A stretch of DNA of 63,900 nucleotides, the filler included, from Chiloscyllium plagiosum (lineage: Eukaryota), in assembly GCF_004010195.1 (NCBI RefSeq). It is 6 parts of one record of this genome, joined end to end, with 100 filler letters (N's around TTAATTAATTAA, not from the genome) between each part and the next. Parts side by side here need not be neighbours in the genome. Positions count along the whole stretch, not along the records: positions 34,075 to 52,722 come from NC_057710.1; positions 52,823 to 61,047 come from NC_057710.1; 4 more parts are not named here. The stretch is one strand, 5' to 3'. Shown one piece after another: positions 49,560 to 61,147 of this stretch (within the stretch, counting starts at the first letter, position 1; each line of letters opens with the position of its first letter). The notes under the pieces are model-generated. The model made no database searches and had not been told where the DNA came from. It saw only the letters and a program-made list of their open reading frames with translations. The position numbers were made by a program, and so were the translations under genes.

Positions 49560-52450
49560 GTGGTGTTTCACTTAAATACATGCAATATACAGAACCAGGT
49601 AAATGAGCTTCTGGCTCAGATTGAAATTGTATGATGTTATGGCTCGTGAAGTGTGGCTGCAAAAGTATCAGGACAGGGATCTAAATACAGAGGAGCCCCG
49701 ATTATCCGAACGCGATGGGCAGGCACTATTTTGTTTGGATAATTGATTATTCGGTTAATTGATTCAAAACCTTTCCTCTGGGCTCAGAGTTTTCTGTTAA
49801 GTCCGCTCCCTGTTTGGGCGATGAGGCAGCAGCAGCATTGCGCAAGACCCCCCCACCCCGTTCAACACCGACCCCCTGCCTGCCCCCAACCTTATCCAAT
49901 ATTCCCTCCACCCGCCCCAACCTCGCCCAATGCAGCCGTCGCCAACCCAGTCCAATTCCACACCCCCGCCCACCCCAACACTGCCCCTCAACACTGTCCA
50001 ACACCGCCCGCCCNNNNNNNNNNNNNNNNNNNNNNNNNNNNNNNNNNNNNNNNNNNNNNNNNNNNNNNNNNNNNNNNNNNNNNNNNNNNNNNNNNNNNNN
50101 NNNNNNNNNNNNNNNNNNNNNNNNNNNNNNNNNNNNNNNNNNNNNNNNNNNNNNNNNNNNNNNNNNNNNNNNNNNNNNNNNNNNNNNNNNNNNNNNNNNN
50201 NNNNNNNNNNNNNNNNNNNNNNNNNNNNNNNNNNNNNNNNNNNNNNNNNNNNNNNNNNNNNNNNNNNNNNNNNNNNNNNNNNNNNNNNNNNNNNNNNNNN
50301 NNNNNNNNNNNNNNNNNNNNNNNNNNNNNNNNNNNNNNNNNNNNNNNNNNNNNNNNNNNNNNNNNNNNNNNNNNNNNNNNNNNNNNNNNNNNNNNNNNNN
50401 NNNNNNNNNNNNNNNNNNNNNNNNNNNNNNNNNNNNNNNNNNNNNNNNNNNNNNNNNNNNNNNNNNNNNNNNNNNCAACGCTGTCCCACGCATGTCCCCA
50501 ACCCCGTCCAATGCAGCCCCACGCTCATCCCCAAACCTGTCCAATGGCACCCCAACCTGCCCCCTTCAACCCCCTCCTGCCACCATCACCCCCACCCCCC
50601 TCCATCCACTCCAGGGGGCAGCCGGACTGGACACCAGCAACAAGATTGCTGCTGCTGCCTTTCGGGGAAGGTGAATCTCCAAATAGAGCGCATGCGCACA
50701 CACACACCTTTTGTTCTGCAACTGAAGTATGTGGGGAGAGAGGGCGGGAGGTCAGTCATTTGGAGATGATGCCTGGGCTCCCATCAGTCCAGGACCAATT
50801 TCCGGCAGCATGTCAGTAAGCTGACTTAACTTTTAATCATTGTAAACAAAAGACGTGATCAGTGTTGGAAACAATCTTTGATGTAATGTTTCTATCAGGA
50901 CCTTGAGATCTCCTTCAAATAATCCGATATTCGGATATCGAGGTTCCTCTGTATCCAAGGATACATGTCCCATTGAATGGATAGGCATTTGCCAGAGGGG
51001 GTTGTTGTTGCTTTGTTATTAAGAAATGAAATTAAATCAATGGCAAAAAGTGATATAGGCTTGGAAGGCATGAAATCTGTGTGGGTAGAGTTGAGGAACT
51101 GCAAAGGAAAGATAATGCTGATGGGAGTTATGTACAGGACCCCTAGCAGTAGTCAGGATGTGGAGCAGAAAATAAATCCGGGTATAGAAAACCCATGTAA
51201 GAAAAGGACAGCATAAAAGCAAAAGAAAAGGCATACAATGTGGTGAAGATTAGTGGGAAGCCAGAGGATTGGAAAGCTTTTAAAAACCAGAGGAGGGTAT
51301 AATTGAAAAAGCAATATGGGGAGAGAAGATGAATTGTGAGGGTTATATTAACCAGTATATTAAAGAAGATTGCAATAGGTTGTTTAGATAGGAGGTAAGA
51401 GTGGACATTGTACTGTTGGAAAGTGAGTTTGGGGAAATAGTAATTGGGAATAAAGAAATAGTGGAGGAACCGAATAGCTACTTTATATCAACTTTCTCAG
51501 CAGAAAGTGCCAGTATCGTACCAGAACGTTGAGAGACAGGCAGAGGTGAGTGTAGTCGTTATCACCTGACAAGAAGGTGATGGGGAAGCTGAAAGATCTG
51601 AAGGTTGGACCAGATGAGATTGTGGAGGCAATGGTGATTCTTCAGGAATTGCTGGAGTCAGAGAGGGTTCCAGAGGACAGGAAAATGACTAATGTAACAC
51701 AACACCCTGTTTAAAAAGGGAGTGAATCAGAAGAAACAAAATCAGGCTGGCTAGTCTGACCTCAGTTCTTGGTAACATTTTAGAGCCCATTATTAAGGAT
51801 GAGATTGTAGAGTACTTTAGAAGTGCATGTGAAATGGTGTTGAGTTAGCACAACTTCATCAAGGGGAGGTCATAACTGACAAATCTGTTAAAATGTTTTG
51901 AGGAAATAATGAACAAGTTAAACAAGAGAGCTAGTGGATGTGATCTATTTGGATTTCCAGAAGGACTTTGACATGGTGCCACATAGGAGGATGCTGAATA
52001 ACAAAAGACCCCATGGTATTCGGGACAGTGTGCTAGCATGGATAAAGGGTTGGCTGACTGGCAGAAGGTAGAGAGTAGGAATAAAGGTGCATTTTTCAAA
52101 ATGGCAGCCAGCAAGTTCAAAGGGGTCAGTTCACATTATACATTAATGATCTGGATAAGGAACTGAAGGCATAGTTGTTAAATTTGCAGGTCTGTCAAAG
52201 ATAGGTGGAGAGTCAGGTAGTGTTCAGGAAGCAAGAACGCTGCAGGATGACTTGGACAAGCTAGAAGAGTGTATTCCATCTGGCGCTTCTTTGCCCACTG
52301 TGGGAAATTATGACATTATGCACTTTGCTAGGAGGAATAGAAGCACAGAGTATTTTCTTAATGGGAAAGGCTTTAGAAATCTGAAGCACAAAGGGACTAT
52401 TTCAGATTCTTAAGGTTAACTTGCAGGTTCAGTTGGCAGTTTATGAAGGC
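49560..52450 (+). mobile_element. Degenerate CR1 ORF2, host of the pogo-like insert
   Basis: SVWVELRNCKGK...VMYRTP; FIKGRS.LTNL; YLDFQKDFD remnants. Confidence 0.75.
49688..50951 (+). mobile_element. pogo/Tigger-like DNA transposon with both ends (contains gap 50014-50475)
   Basis: Inverted termini CAGAGGAGCCCCGATTATCCGAA and TTCGGATATCGAGGTTCCTCTG; TA duplication at 49686-49687 and 50952-50953; removal restores the CR1 peptide DLNIQGY. Confidence 0.85.
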
Positions 52451-52451
52451 A

Positions 52452-52722
52452 TTCTAGATTAGTGGTGCTGGAAGAGCACAGCAATTCAGGCAGCATCCAA
52501 CGAGCAGCGAAATCGACGTTTAAAGGGACTATTTCAGATTCTTAAGGTTAACTTGCAGGTTCAGTTGGCAGTTTATGAAGGCATTCTAGATTAGTGGTGC
52601 TGGAAGAGCACAGCAATTCAGGCAGCATCCAACGAGCAGCGAAATCGACGTTTCGGGCAAAAGCCCTTCATCAGGAATAAAGGCAGAGAGCCTGAAGCGT
52701 AGAGAGATAAGCTAGAGGAGGG
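52452..52722 (-). mobile_element. Penelope-like end (family A variant) with intact hammerhead core at ~52642-52679
   Basis: Reverse complement ATTC-CTGATGA-A-GGGC-TTTT-GCCC-GAAA-C-GTC; overlaps an exact ~132-bp local duplication. Confidence 0.75.
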
Positions 52723-52822
52723 NNNNNNNNNNNNNNNNNNNNNNNNNNNNNNNNNNNNNNNNNNNNTTAATTAATTAANNNNNNNNNNNNNNNNNNNNNN
52801 NNNNNNNNNNNNNNNNNNNNNN

Positions 52823-53090
52823 AAACAGAGAACAGCCAGGGAATTCCTAGAGGCATGGCACTCATCCACAGATTCAATCAATAAGCACATCGACCTGGAC
52901 CCAATATACCGACCACTGCAGCGGACAGCTGGAACTGACAACCGGAAGCAGCAGATTCAAACCACGACAAATGCTGGAGGAAAGATCACAGAAGCGCTTC
53001 ACAGGAGGCTTCCAAGCACTGAGGATGTCACCTAGACAGGGGACGAAACGTCTGCAACACAAATTCCCAGCTCGGCGACCAAAACCACAT
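52823..53090 (+). mobile_element. Penelope-like ORF end and hammerhead motif at 53016-53055 (family B-like)
   Basis: KQRTAREFLEAWHSSTDSINKHIDLDPIY; GCA-CTGAGGA-T-GTCACC-TAGACA-GGGGAC-GAAA-C-GTC-TGC. Confidence 0.75.
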
Positions 53091-53393
53091 CAGCACCACC
53101 TTCCTAACCTGAAATCTTCTTCCTGACCTCTCCGCCCCCACTCCCACTCCGGCCTATCACCTTCACCTTGTCACCCTTACCTTAACCTCCTTCCACCTAT
53201 CACATTTCCAACGCCCCTCCCCCAAGTCCCTCCTCCCTACCTTTTATCTTAACCTGCTTGGCACACTTTCCTCATTCCTGAAGAAGGGCTCATGACCGAA
53301 ATGTCGATTCTCCTGCTCCTTGAATGCTGCCTGACCTGCTGCACTTTTCCAGCAACACATTTTCAGCTCTGATCTGCAGCCCTCACTTTCTCC
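53091..53393 (+). mobile_element. Penelope-like 3' end (family A)
   Basis: Collinear with 14424-14720. Confidence 0.8.
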
Positions 53394-54160
53394 GCCCAAG
53401 AACAGAGCCCTGTGGGACCACTCAACACTAACCTCCAGGCAGAATACTTTCCATCTCCAACCACTCTCTGCCTTCTGTCAGCCAACCAATTCTGAATCCA
53501 GATAGCCAAATCTCCCTGTATCCAATACTTCCTGACTTTATGAATGAGTCTACCATGGGGAACCTTATCAAATGGTTTGCTGAAGTCCATATACACCACA
53601 TCCTCGACCTTCGTCAACCTGTCTTGTCACCTCCTCAAGGAGCTTAATAAGATTTGTGAGGCATGACCTGCCCCTCACAAAGCCATGCTGACTGCCTTTA
53701 ATCACGCTATGTTTTGCCAAATAGTAATAAACCTTATCCCTCAGAATTCTTTCCAAAACTTTGCTGAACACAGACCTAATTCTGACTGGTCTGTAATTGC
53801 CAGGAATTTCCCTATTCCTCTTCTTGAAAAGAGGAACAACATTTGCCTCCTTTTAATCCTCTGGTACAACTCCCGTGGAGAGTGAGGAGGAAAAAATCCT
53901 CGCCAGCGGCTTAGCAACCTTCTTTCTCGCTTCCCGGAGCAGCCTAGGATAAATCAGGTCTGGCCCTGGGGACTTATCAATCTTAATATTTTGCAATATT
54001 TCCAGCACATCAGCTTCATCAATCGTGATCTGGTCAAGCCTGTATCCCAGCTTCTCAAAGTTCTCATTCACAACAAGTCCCTTTCCTTAGTGAAAACCGA
54101 AGCAAAAAACTCATTTAGGGCTTCCCCTGTCTGCTCAGACTCCACACACATGTTCCCTAT
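53394..54160 (-). mobile_element. CR1 RT fragment, same subfamily as 21100-21840
   Basis: IDKSPGPDLIYPRLLREARKKVAKPLARIF; YMDFSKPFDKVPH. Confidence 0.9.
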
Positions 54161-54239
54161 GCTAATGCGTATATGGGAGAAATAACAAATAAAAAGCTAC
54201 TCTAATCTACTCTACCTTTGGAATAGAATAGGGAAGAAT

Positions 54240-56400
54240 TATCCTAGCCTGGCATTTGTGCGGTGCAAATGTTACTTGCCACTTGTCAGTCCAAGCCTGG
54301 ATATTGCCCACATGTGGATATATTTGAACATGGATTGCTTCAGTATCTGAGGAGTTGTGAATGGTGCTTATCATTATCCAATCTGCAGTAAACATTTCTG
54401 ACCTTATGATGGAGGGAAGGTCATTGATGAAGCGACTGAAGATGGTTGGGTCGAGGACACTATCTTGAAGAACTCCTGCAGAGGTGTCCTGGAGCTAAGA
54501 TGACTGACCTCCAACAACCACCACAATCTTTCTACATGCCAGGTATGACCCCAATAAGATGAAATTTGCCCCCTGATACCCATTGATTCCAGTTTTGCTC
54601 AGGTCCCTTGATGCCACACTTGGTTGAATGCAGCCTTGATGTTCAGGGCTGTCACTCTCACCTCACCTCTGGAATTCAGCTATTTTGTCCATGTTTGAAC
54701 CAATGCTGTGATCAGGTCAGGAGCTGAGTGGCCCTGGCAGAACCCAAACTGGGCATCACTGAGTAGGTTATGGCTGAGCAGGTGCTGCTTGATAGCACTG
54801 TTGACATCACCTTCCATCACTTTATTGATGATTGACAGTAGCATGATGGGGCAAGAATTGGCTGGGTTGGCATTGTCTTGCTTTTTGTGTACAGGATATA
54901 TCAGGGCAGCTTTACGCATTGTCAGGAAGGTGCCAGTGTTGTAACTGAGCTGGAACAGCTTGGCTAGGGGAGCAGCAAGTTCTGGAGCACAAGTCTTCTG
55001 TACTTTTGCTGGAATATTGAAACGGCCATCGTCTTTGCAATATCCAGTGACTCTAACCCTTTCTTGATACCATGTGGAGTGAATCAAATTAGCTGAAAAC
55101 TAGGATGCTTGGGGATGACTGAAGGAGGCTGACATGTCTATTCCACTCAGCATGTCTTGATGTGAATGTTGTGAATGCTCCAGCCTTATCTTTTGCACTA
55201 ATGTGCTGGGCTCCTTCATTAATGAGAATGGGGGTATTAGTGGACCTTCCTCCTCCAGTGAGTTGTTTAATTGTCCATTACCAATCATGGCTGGATGTGG
55301 CAGGACTGCAGAGTTTAGATCTCTGGTTGTGGGGTTGCTTAGCTCTGTCACGTGTTGCTTATGCTGTGTGCCAAGCAAGTAGTCCTGTTTAGTAGCTTCA
55401 CCAGGTTGACACCTCATTTTTAGGAATATCTGGTGCTGCTCCTGGTATGCCCTCCTGTACTTTCTATTGAACCAGGGTTGATCCCCTGGCTTGATGGTAA
55501 TGGTTGGGTGGGGGATATGCCAGGCTATGAGATTACAGATTGTGCTGGAGTACAATTCTGCTGCTGTTGATGGCCCACAGCACCTCATGGATGCCCAGTC
55601 TTGAGTTGCTAGATTTGTTTGAAGGCTGTCCCATTTAGCACAGTGATAATGCCACACAACACAATGGAGGTTATTGTCAATGTGAAGGCAGGACTTTGGC
55701 TCCACAAAGTCTATGTGGTGGTCGCTCTTCCCAATGCTGTTATGTACAGATGCATCTGCAGCTGGCAGATTGGTAAGGATGAGGTGAAGTATGTTTTTTT
55801 CCCCCTTGTTGATTCCCTCACCACCTGCCATGACCCAGTCTGGCAGCCATGTCCTTCAGGACCTGACCAGCTCGATCAGTAGTATTGGTGCTGAGCCACT
55901 CTTGGTGGTGGACATTGAAATCCCCTCACACAAAGGACATTTTGTGCCCTTGTCATCCTCAGTACTTCCACCAACTGTTGTTCAACATGGAGGAGTACTG
56001 ATTCATTAGCAGAGGGAAAATGGTACATCTTGCCCATGTTCAACCTGAAGCCCTGAGACTTCATGATGTTTAGAGTCAAATAAGAGGACTCCCAGGTCAA
56101 CTCCCTCCCAACTGTATATTATTGTGCTGCCACTTCTGCTGGGTATGTCCCTGTGGAACAGGACATATTTAGGAATGGTGATGGTGGTGATGGTGGTGTC
56201 TGGAACATTCTCTGTAAAGTAAGATTCTGTGAGCATAACTATGAAAGATTGTTGCTTGACTCGTACATGAGACAGCTTACCCAATTGCAGCACTAATCCC
56301 CATATGTCAGTGAGGAGGACTTTGCAGGGGTGACGGAGCTCTTTCTGCAGTTGTCATCTGTGCCTACATCGATTCCAGGTAGTCTGTCTGGTTTCATTTC
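54240..56400 (-). mobile_element. Second-family CR1/L2-group LINE ORF2 (APE and RT), degenerate
   Basis: IVMLTESYF, ILHLILTN, IGKSDHH, KPGDQPWFN, CAPELAAPLAKLF, QFGFCQGHSAPDL. Confidence 0.85.
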
Positions 56401-57025
56401 ATAATCATTGATATTGTTGAGTGCGTGGAATAATAACTCAGTGGTTAGCACTGCTGCCTAACAGTGCTAGGGACCCAGGTTCAATTCCAGCCTTGGGTGT
56501 CTGTGTGGACTTTGTACATTCTCCCCGTGACTGTGTGGATTTCCTCTGGGTGCTCCAGTTTCCTTCTATAGTCCAAAGATGGCAGGTTAGGTGGACTGGC
56601 TATGCCTACATCGATTCCAGGTCGTCTGTCTGGTTTCATTTCATAATCACTGATATTGTTGAGTGCGTGGAATAATAACTCAGTGGTTAGCACTGCTGCC
56701 TAACAGTGCTAGGGATCCAGGTTCAATTCCAGCCTTGGGTGTCTGTGTGGACTTTGTACATTCTCCCCGTGACTGTGTGGATTTCCTCTGGGTGCTCCAG
56801 TTTCCTTCTATAGTCCAAAGATGGCAGGTTAGGTGGACTGGCTATGCTAAATTATTCATTGTTTCCAATGATTTGCATGTTAGGTGGATTAACCATGATA
56901 AATATTGGGTTATGGGGATAGGGTAGATGGCTGAGTCTGAGTGGTGCGCTCTTCTGAGGGTCTATGCAGACTCAATGGGCTGAATGGCCTCTTTCTGCAC
57001 TGTTGAGATTCTATGAATCTATGAG
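56361..57025 (+). repeat. 242-bp tandem duplication spanning a LINE/HE1-like SINE junction; full SINE at ~56664-57025
   Basis: 56361-56602 repeats at 56603-56844 with about 3 substitutions. Confidence 0.85.
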
Positions 57026-60000
57026 TGGCTTGCTAGTCCACATCAGAGGGCAGTTGAGAATCAACGACATTATTGTGAGTCTAGAGACACATGTAGATCA
57101 GACCAGACCAGGTGAGAATGGGAGATTTCCTTCCCTAAAGTGAGCCAGTCAGTTTTTCCAAGAATGGTCATCAGTAGATTCTTAATTCCAGATTTTGTTT
57201 TATTGAGTTCAAATTCCATCATCTGCTTTGGCAAGGTTGTGAAATTTCACTCATGAAGATTAGCTGCGATTGTACTTCCTACCAAACCGAAAGTTAAGAA
57301 CAGATTTGGTGGAGGTTTTCATTAGGGGTTGGGGCAGAATTACAGGGAAAGACAGTTCTACCTGTTGGAAGTGTCAAGAACCAGAAGATCCTGATTGGAT
57401 GCAAATAGCAAAAAAAAACTAAGGACAACATGAGGAAAATTGTTTTCTTGCAGTGAATAGTTAGGATCTGGAATACTGTGCCTTAGAATACGAAGGAGGT
57501 AGAATCAAGTGTTCCTTTGCAGAATGCATCAGGTTGGGATTCTCTTGCAGAGAGCTATCATGCATATGATGAACTGAATGACCTGCTTCTGTGCTGTTAC
57601 CATTATTTGATTTTATGAATATTAAAGGACAATCAACATTTGACAATTTGGAATTCAGCATTTTTCTACAGTATCAAGAAAAGAAAAAGGCATATAATTA
57701 GTTTATACCCATATGTTTTCTGTGTCCCCATTGGCTGTTCATGTTGAAGGTTGTACATTCAGTCTTGCTCCAGGACATAAGCTTAAAATTTCATTGATAT
57801 GTTAGTTTGGTACTAAGATATGTTGTTGTAGAATGAGTATCATTGGCTACCAGCCAAATCATCGTCAAGTAGAGCATTCTGCCTCCTTCTGTAAAATCCA
57901 GTGTCTAGTGTATTGTGGTCTCCTTATATAGGGAGGGCTGAATTTGTATTGGAGACAGCTCAAAGAAGGTTCATTAGTTGATGTGAGAGATGAAGGGGAT
58001 ATCTTCCAAGAAACAGTTGAGTCTGTACTCACTGAATTTAGCAGAATGAATGCCACCTTGCTTAAACACCATGCTATCCTGAGGAGGCCTCACAGGATAG
58101 ATACTGAAACATCGTTTACTCTTGTGGAGGAATCTAAAACTAGATAATGGACTTTTAATATAATGGGTACCTAAAATACAGAAAAATAAAAGAGGCAGTC
58201 TTTATACTTGACCTGGTCAGATCACATAGAACACTTTTTGCACAGAATCCAAGAACATGGCACAATGCTCCCACTATTGAACTCTTTTACCACTTCCAGC
58301 CGTGATTTCTATGTATTGGTGATAGCTCTCACACTCCCTTCGCTGGGGGAGAGTCTGATCCTGACTATATCCATCAAGGCATCAGGCAATGCATCACTAA
58401 ATTGAGGCGCAGCTCTTTACCATTCTGAATCCATGATCAAACTTCTCCCTCTCATTGATCAAACACCTAAATTCATTAAATTCCTCCTTTGTATAAGCTA
58501 TTGGGGTAGTTCTGTTCAGGTCACAGTATGAGAATCCATGCCATACTAGCTGTCACACTTTTGGCTCAAATCCGAAAGTTATATTCAAATTATATGGCTT
58601 TGTTAAAGTATCATAGCCAAAAATTCTGAATAATATTCCAGGTTTCCAACTATCTCTCACTTTATCAACATTCCACCTGTCTGCTGCACCAACCTCCTCT
58701 GGCACCCTTCCCCAGAACTTGACGTGTCTCGGATATCTTGGTTCAGAAATTGTACATCTCCTAGATCAAAAAAAATCTATTCACTATTTTCTTCATTCCA
58801 TACCCCTCAATCACCATCTTTTCCCATTCTTCTTAATACTGTGCACTCTTTTACTCATTCATTGGATATGGGTGTCACTGTCACTTATTACCGGCGCTAA
58901 CAGCATTCAGTGTCAATCACATTGCTGTGGGTCTGGAGTCACATGTACACCAGATCAGGTAAGAATGGTAGTTTCCTTCCCCCAAGGAAATTAGTAATTC
59001 AATCAACATGGTATGCCTTACAGTTTAAAAAGCCTTTTGAAAATCTACATAGGCAATTTTCCCTGATACTTAATCTAAACGGTCTCCAGTTTCCTTCAAA
59101 AAACCTTTTTAACTTTGTTAGGCATAACTTGTCATTTGCAAATTCTTTCAATGCCTACACTTAATTAATTCATGTTTTTCTGAGTGTTAATATTACCCTG
59201 CAGGATGCCTACTGCTGATGTTATGCTAACTGGCTTGTCGCTATTCAGTTTATCTCTGCCTTCGTCATTGAAAAAAAGTGTTGCATTAACAATTCTCCAA
59301 CCATCTTCAGTCCACGGAAAGTCGTTAAGTCTCTGCTCCTTCTCTCTGGTGTCCTTTAACAACCTCAGAAGCATGTCAGCAGGACCTGCTGCTTTATCCA
59401 CTTTGATTACCATAATTTTCATCTGATTACTTACAAAAAAAGAATCAGAGCATTGCTGTGATTCTCAAATTACATTGATGGCTGTTCCATGGTCAATTGA
59501 GTTTCAAGTCAATCTGACAGCTTCATGGACACTTTGACTGACTCAGACCAATTTTTTTTCTTTTATATTTAAAACAAACTTGCACTCTCAAATTGCCACA
59601 GAAGGTTTCAAATCCATGTTCTCTGGACTATCAGATTCTGCGCCAGCAATACAATCACTTCTCAGGTGTGTCTGTATACGATTTGCAAAGGCCTCATGTT
59701 CTAAGAATCCACTTATTCTTCAGAAATTCAAGTACAAAAGATATAAATATACAGCCAATGTCACAAAGGAATGTCACTGTTACATTACTGGATCATACTA
59801 GCACAGAAGTAAGTTCATAGCATGTAGGTAAAAACAGCATGTGTCAATTATTATTAATGATCAGTCCATCTACAGAGCAACTGCTGTCTCCAAACAGGAG
59901 AGAATATACTTAGCAGACCAAAATTTATTATGTGATTGGAAATCCATATCCTAAATGGTTAAAGAAAGATCATTCAGAGTTCATGAAAGTAGTTCATCAA

Positions 60001-60151
60001 TGATCAGCAGGTAAAAAAGTGAAAACAGGAACCGTACTGCTTGTTACTGGCCACTCAGGTGTTTCTTTGCTTCCTGGTGGTGGAAACTGAATAAAGATTT
60101 GTGCACCTTGTGTCTTTCACTGTGTCTCACAAAAGAAATAATAAAAAGGAG

Positions 60152-60274
60152 TGTCAGAGGTTCTGCTCACTCTGAGAGCTGGCACTGAGGAAGCTGGATC
60201 AGTGTGAAGGACTCTCCCAGTGTAAATAAAAGGGGGACTTGGTGATGGGATTCCAGCCTCTGGGAGTTATTTCA
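60152..60274 (+). mobile_element. Possible LTR remnant
   Basis: TGT...AATAAA...GGAGTTATTTCA layout resembles an LTR 3' part; no internal domains seen. Confidence 0.35.
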
Positions 60275-60419
60275 GAAAGAAAAAAAATGAAAACAGGAAC
60301 GAATTAAATAATTCACTATTCATTGGGAAATTATTCTCGCACCTGCACCACCTCAAATTATCACAAAGAATTTTCACCAGGTTCTTCCAATCAGCCAGAG
60401 TATTGATATATTTCTTCAT

Positions 60420-61047
60420 CTGGATCAGCGGTGCTGGAAGAGCACAGCAGTTCAGACAGCATCCAAGGAGCAGCGAAATCGACGTTTTGGGCAAAAGCCC
60501 TTCATCAGGAATAAAGGCATTGAGTCTGGAGTGTGGAGAGATAAGCTAGAGGAGGGTGGAGGTGGGGAGAAAGTAGCATAGAGTACAATGGGTGAGTGGG
60601 GGAGGGGATGAAGGTGATAGGTCAGGGAGGAGAGGGTGGAGTGGATAGGTGGAAAAGGAAATAGGCAGGTAGGACAAGTCCGGACAAGTCAGGTAGGACA
60701 AGTCATGGGGACAGTGCTGACCTGGAAGTTTAGAACTAGGGTGAGGTAGGGGAAGGGGAAATGAGGAAGCTGTTGAAATCCACATTGATGCCCTGGGGTT
60801 GAAGTGTTCCGAGGCGGAAGATGAGGCGTTCTTCCTCCAGGCGTCTGGTGGTGAGGGAGCGGCGGTAAAGGAGGCCCAGCACCTCCATACCCTCAGCAGA
60901 GTGGGAGGGGGAGTTGAAATGTTGAGCCACGGGGCGGTGAGGTTGATTGCTGCGGGTGTCCCAGAGATGTTCCATAAAGCGCTCTGCTATGAGGCGCCCA
61001 GTCTCCCAAATGTAGAGGAGACCACATCGGGAGCAACGGATACAATA
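60420..61047 (-). mobile_element. Penelope-like retroelement: GIY-YIG endonuclease end and terminal repeat
   Basis: YCIRCSRCGLLYIWETGR..ERF; EHL...PVAQHFN...RRLEEERLIFRLGTLQPQGIN; hammerhead with mutated GAAA box at ~60476-60512. Confidence 0.88.
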
Positions 61048-61147
61048 NNNNNNNNNNNNNNNNNNNNNNNNNNNNNNNNNNNNNNNNNNNNTTAATTAAT
61101 TAANNNNNNNNNNNNNNNNNNNNNNNNNNNNNNNNNNNNNNNNNNNN

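Noticed and set aside
52390..52653. Exact ~132-bp tandem duplication
   Set aside because: Identical copies close to a contig end; most likely an assembly artefact.
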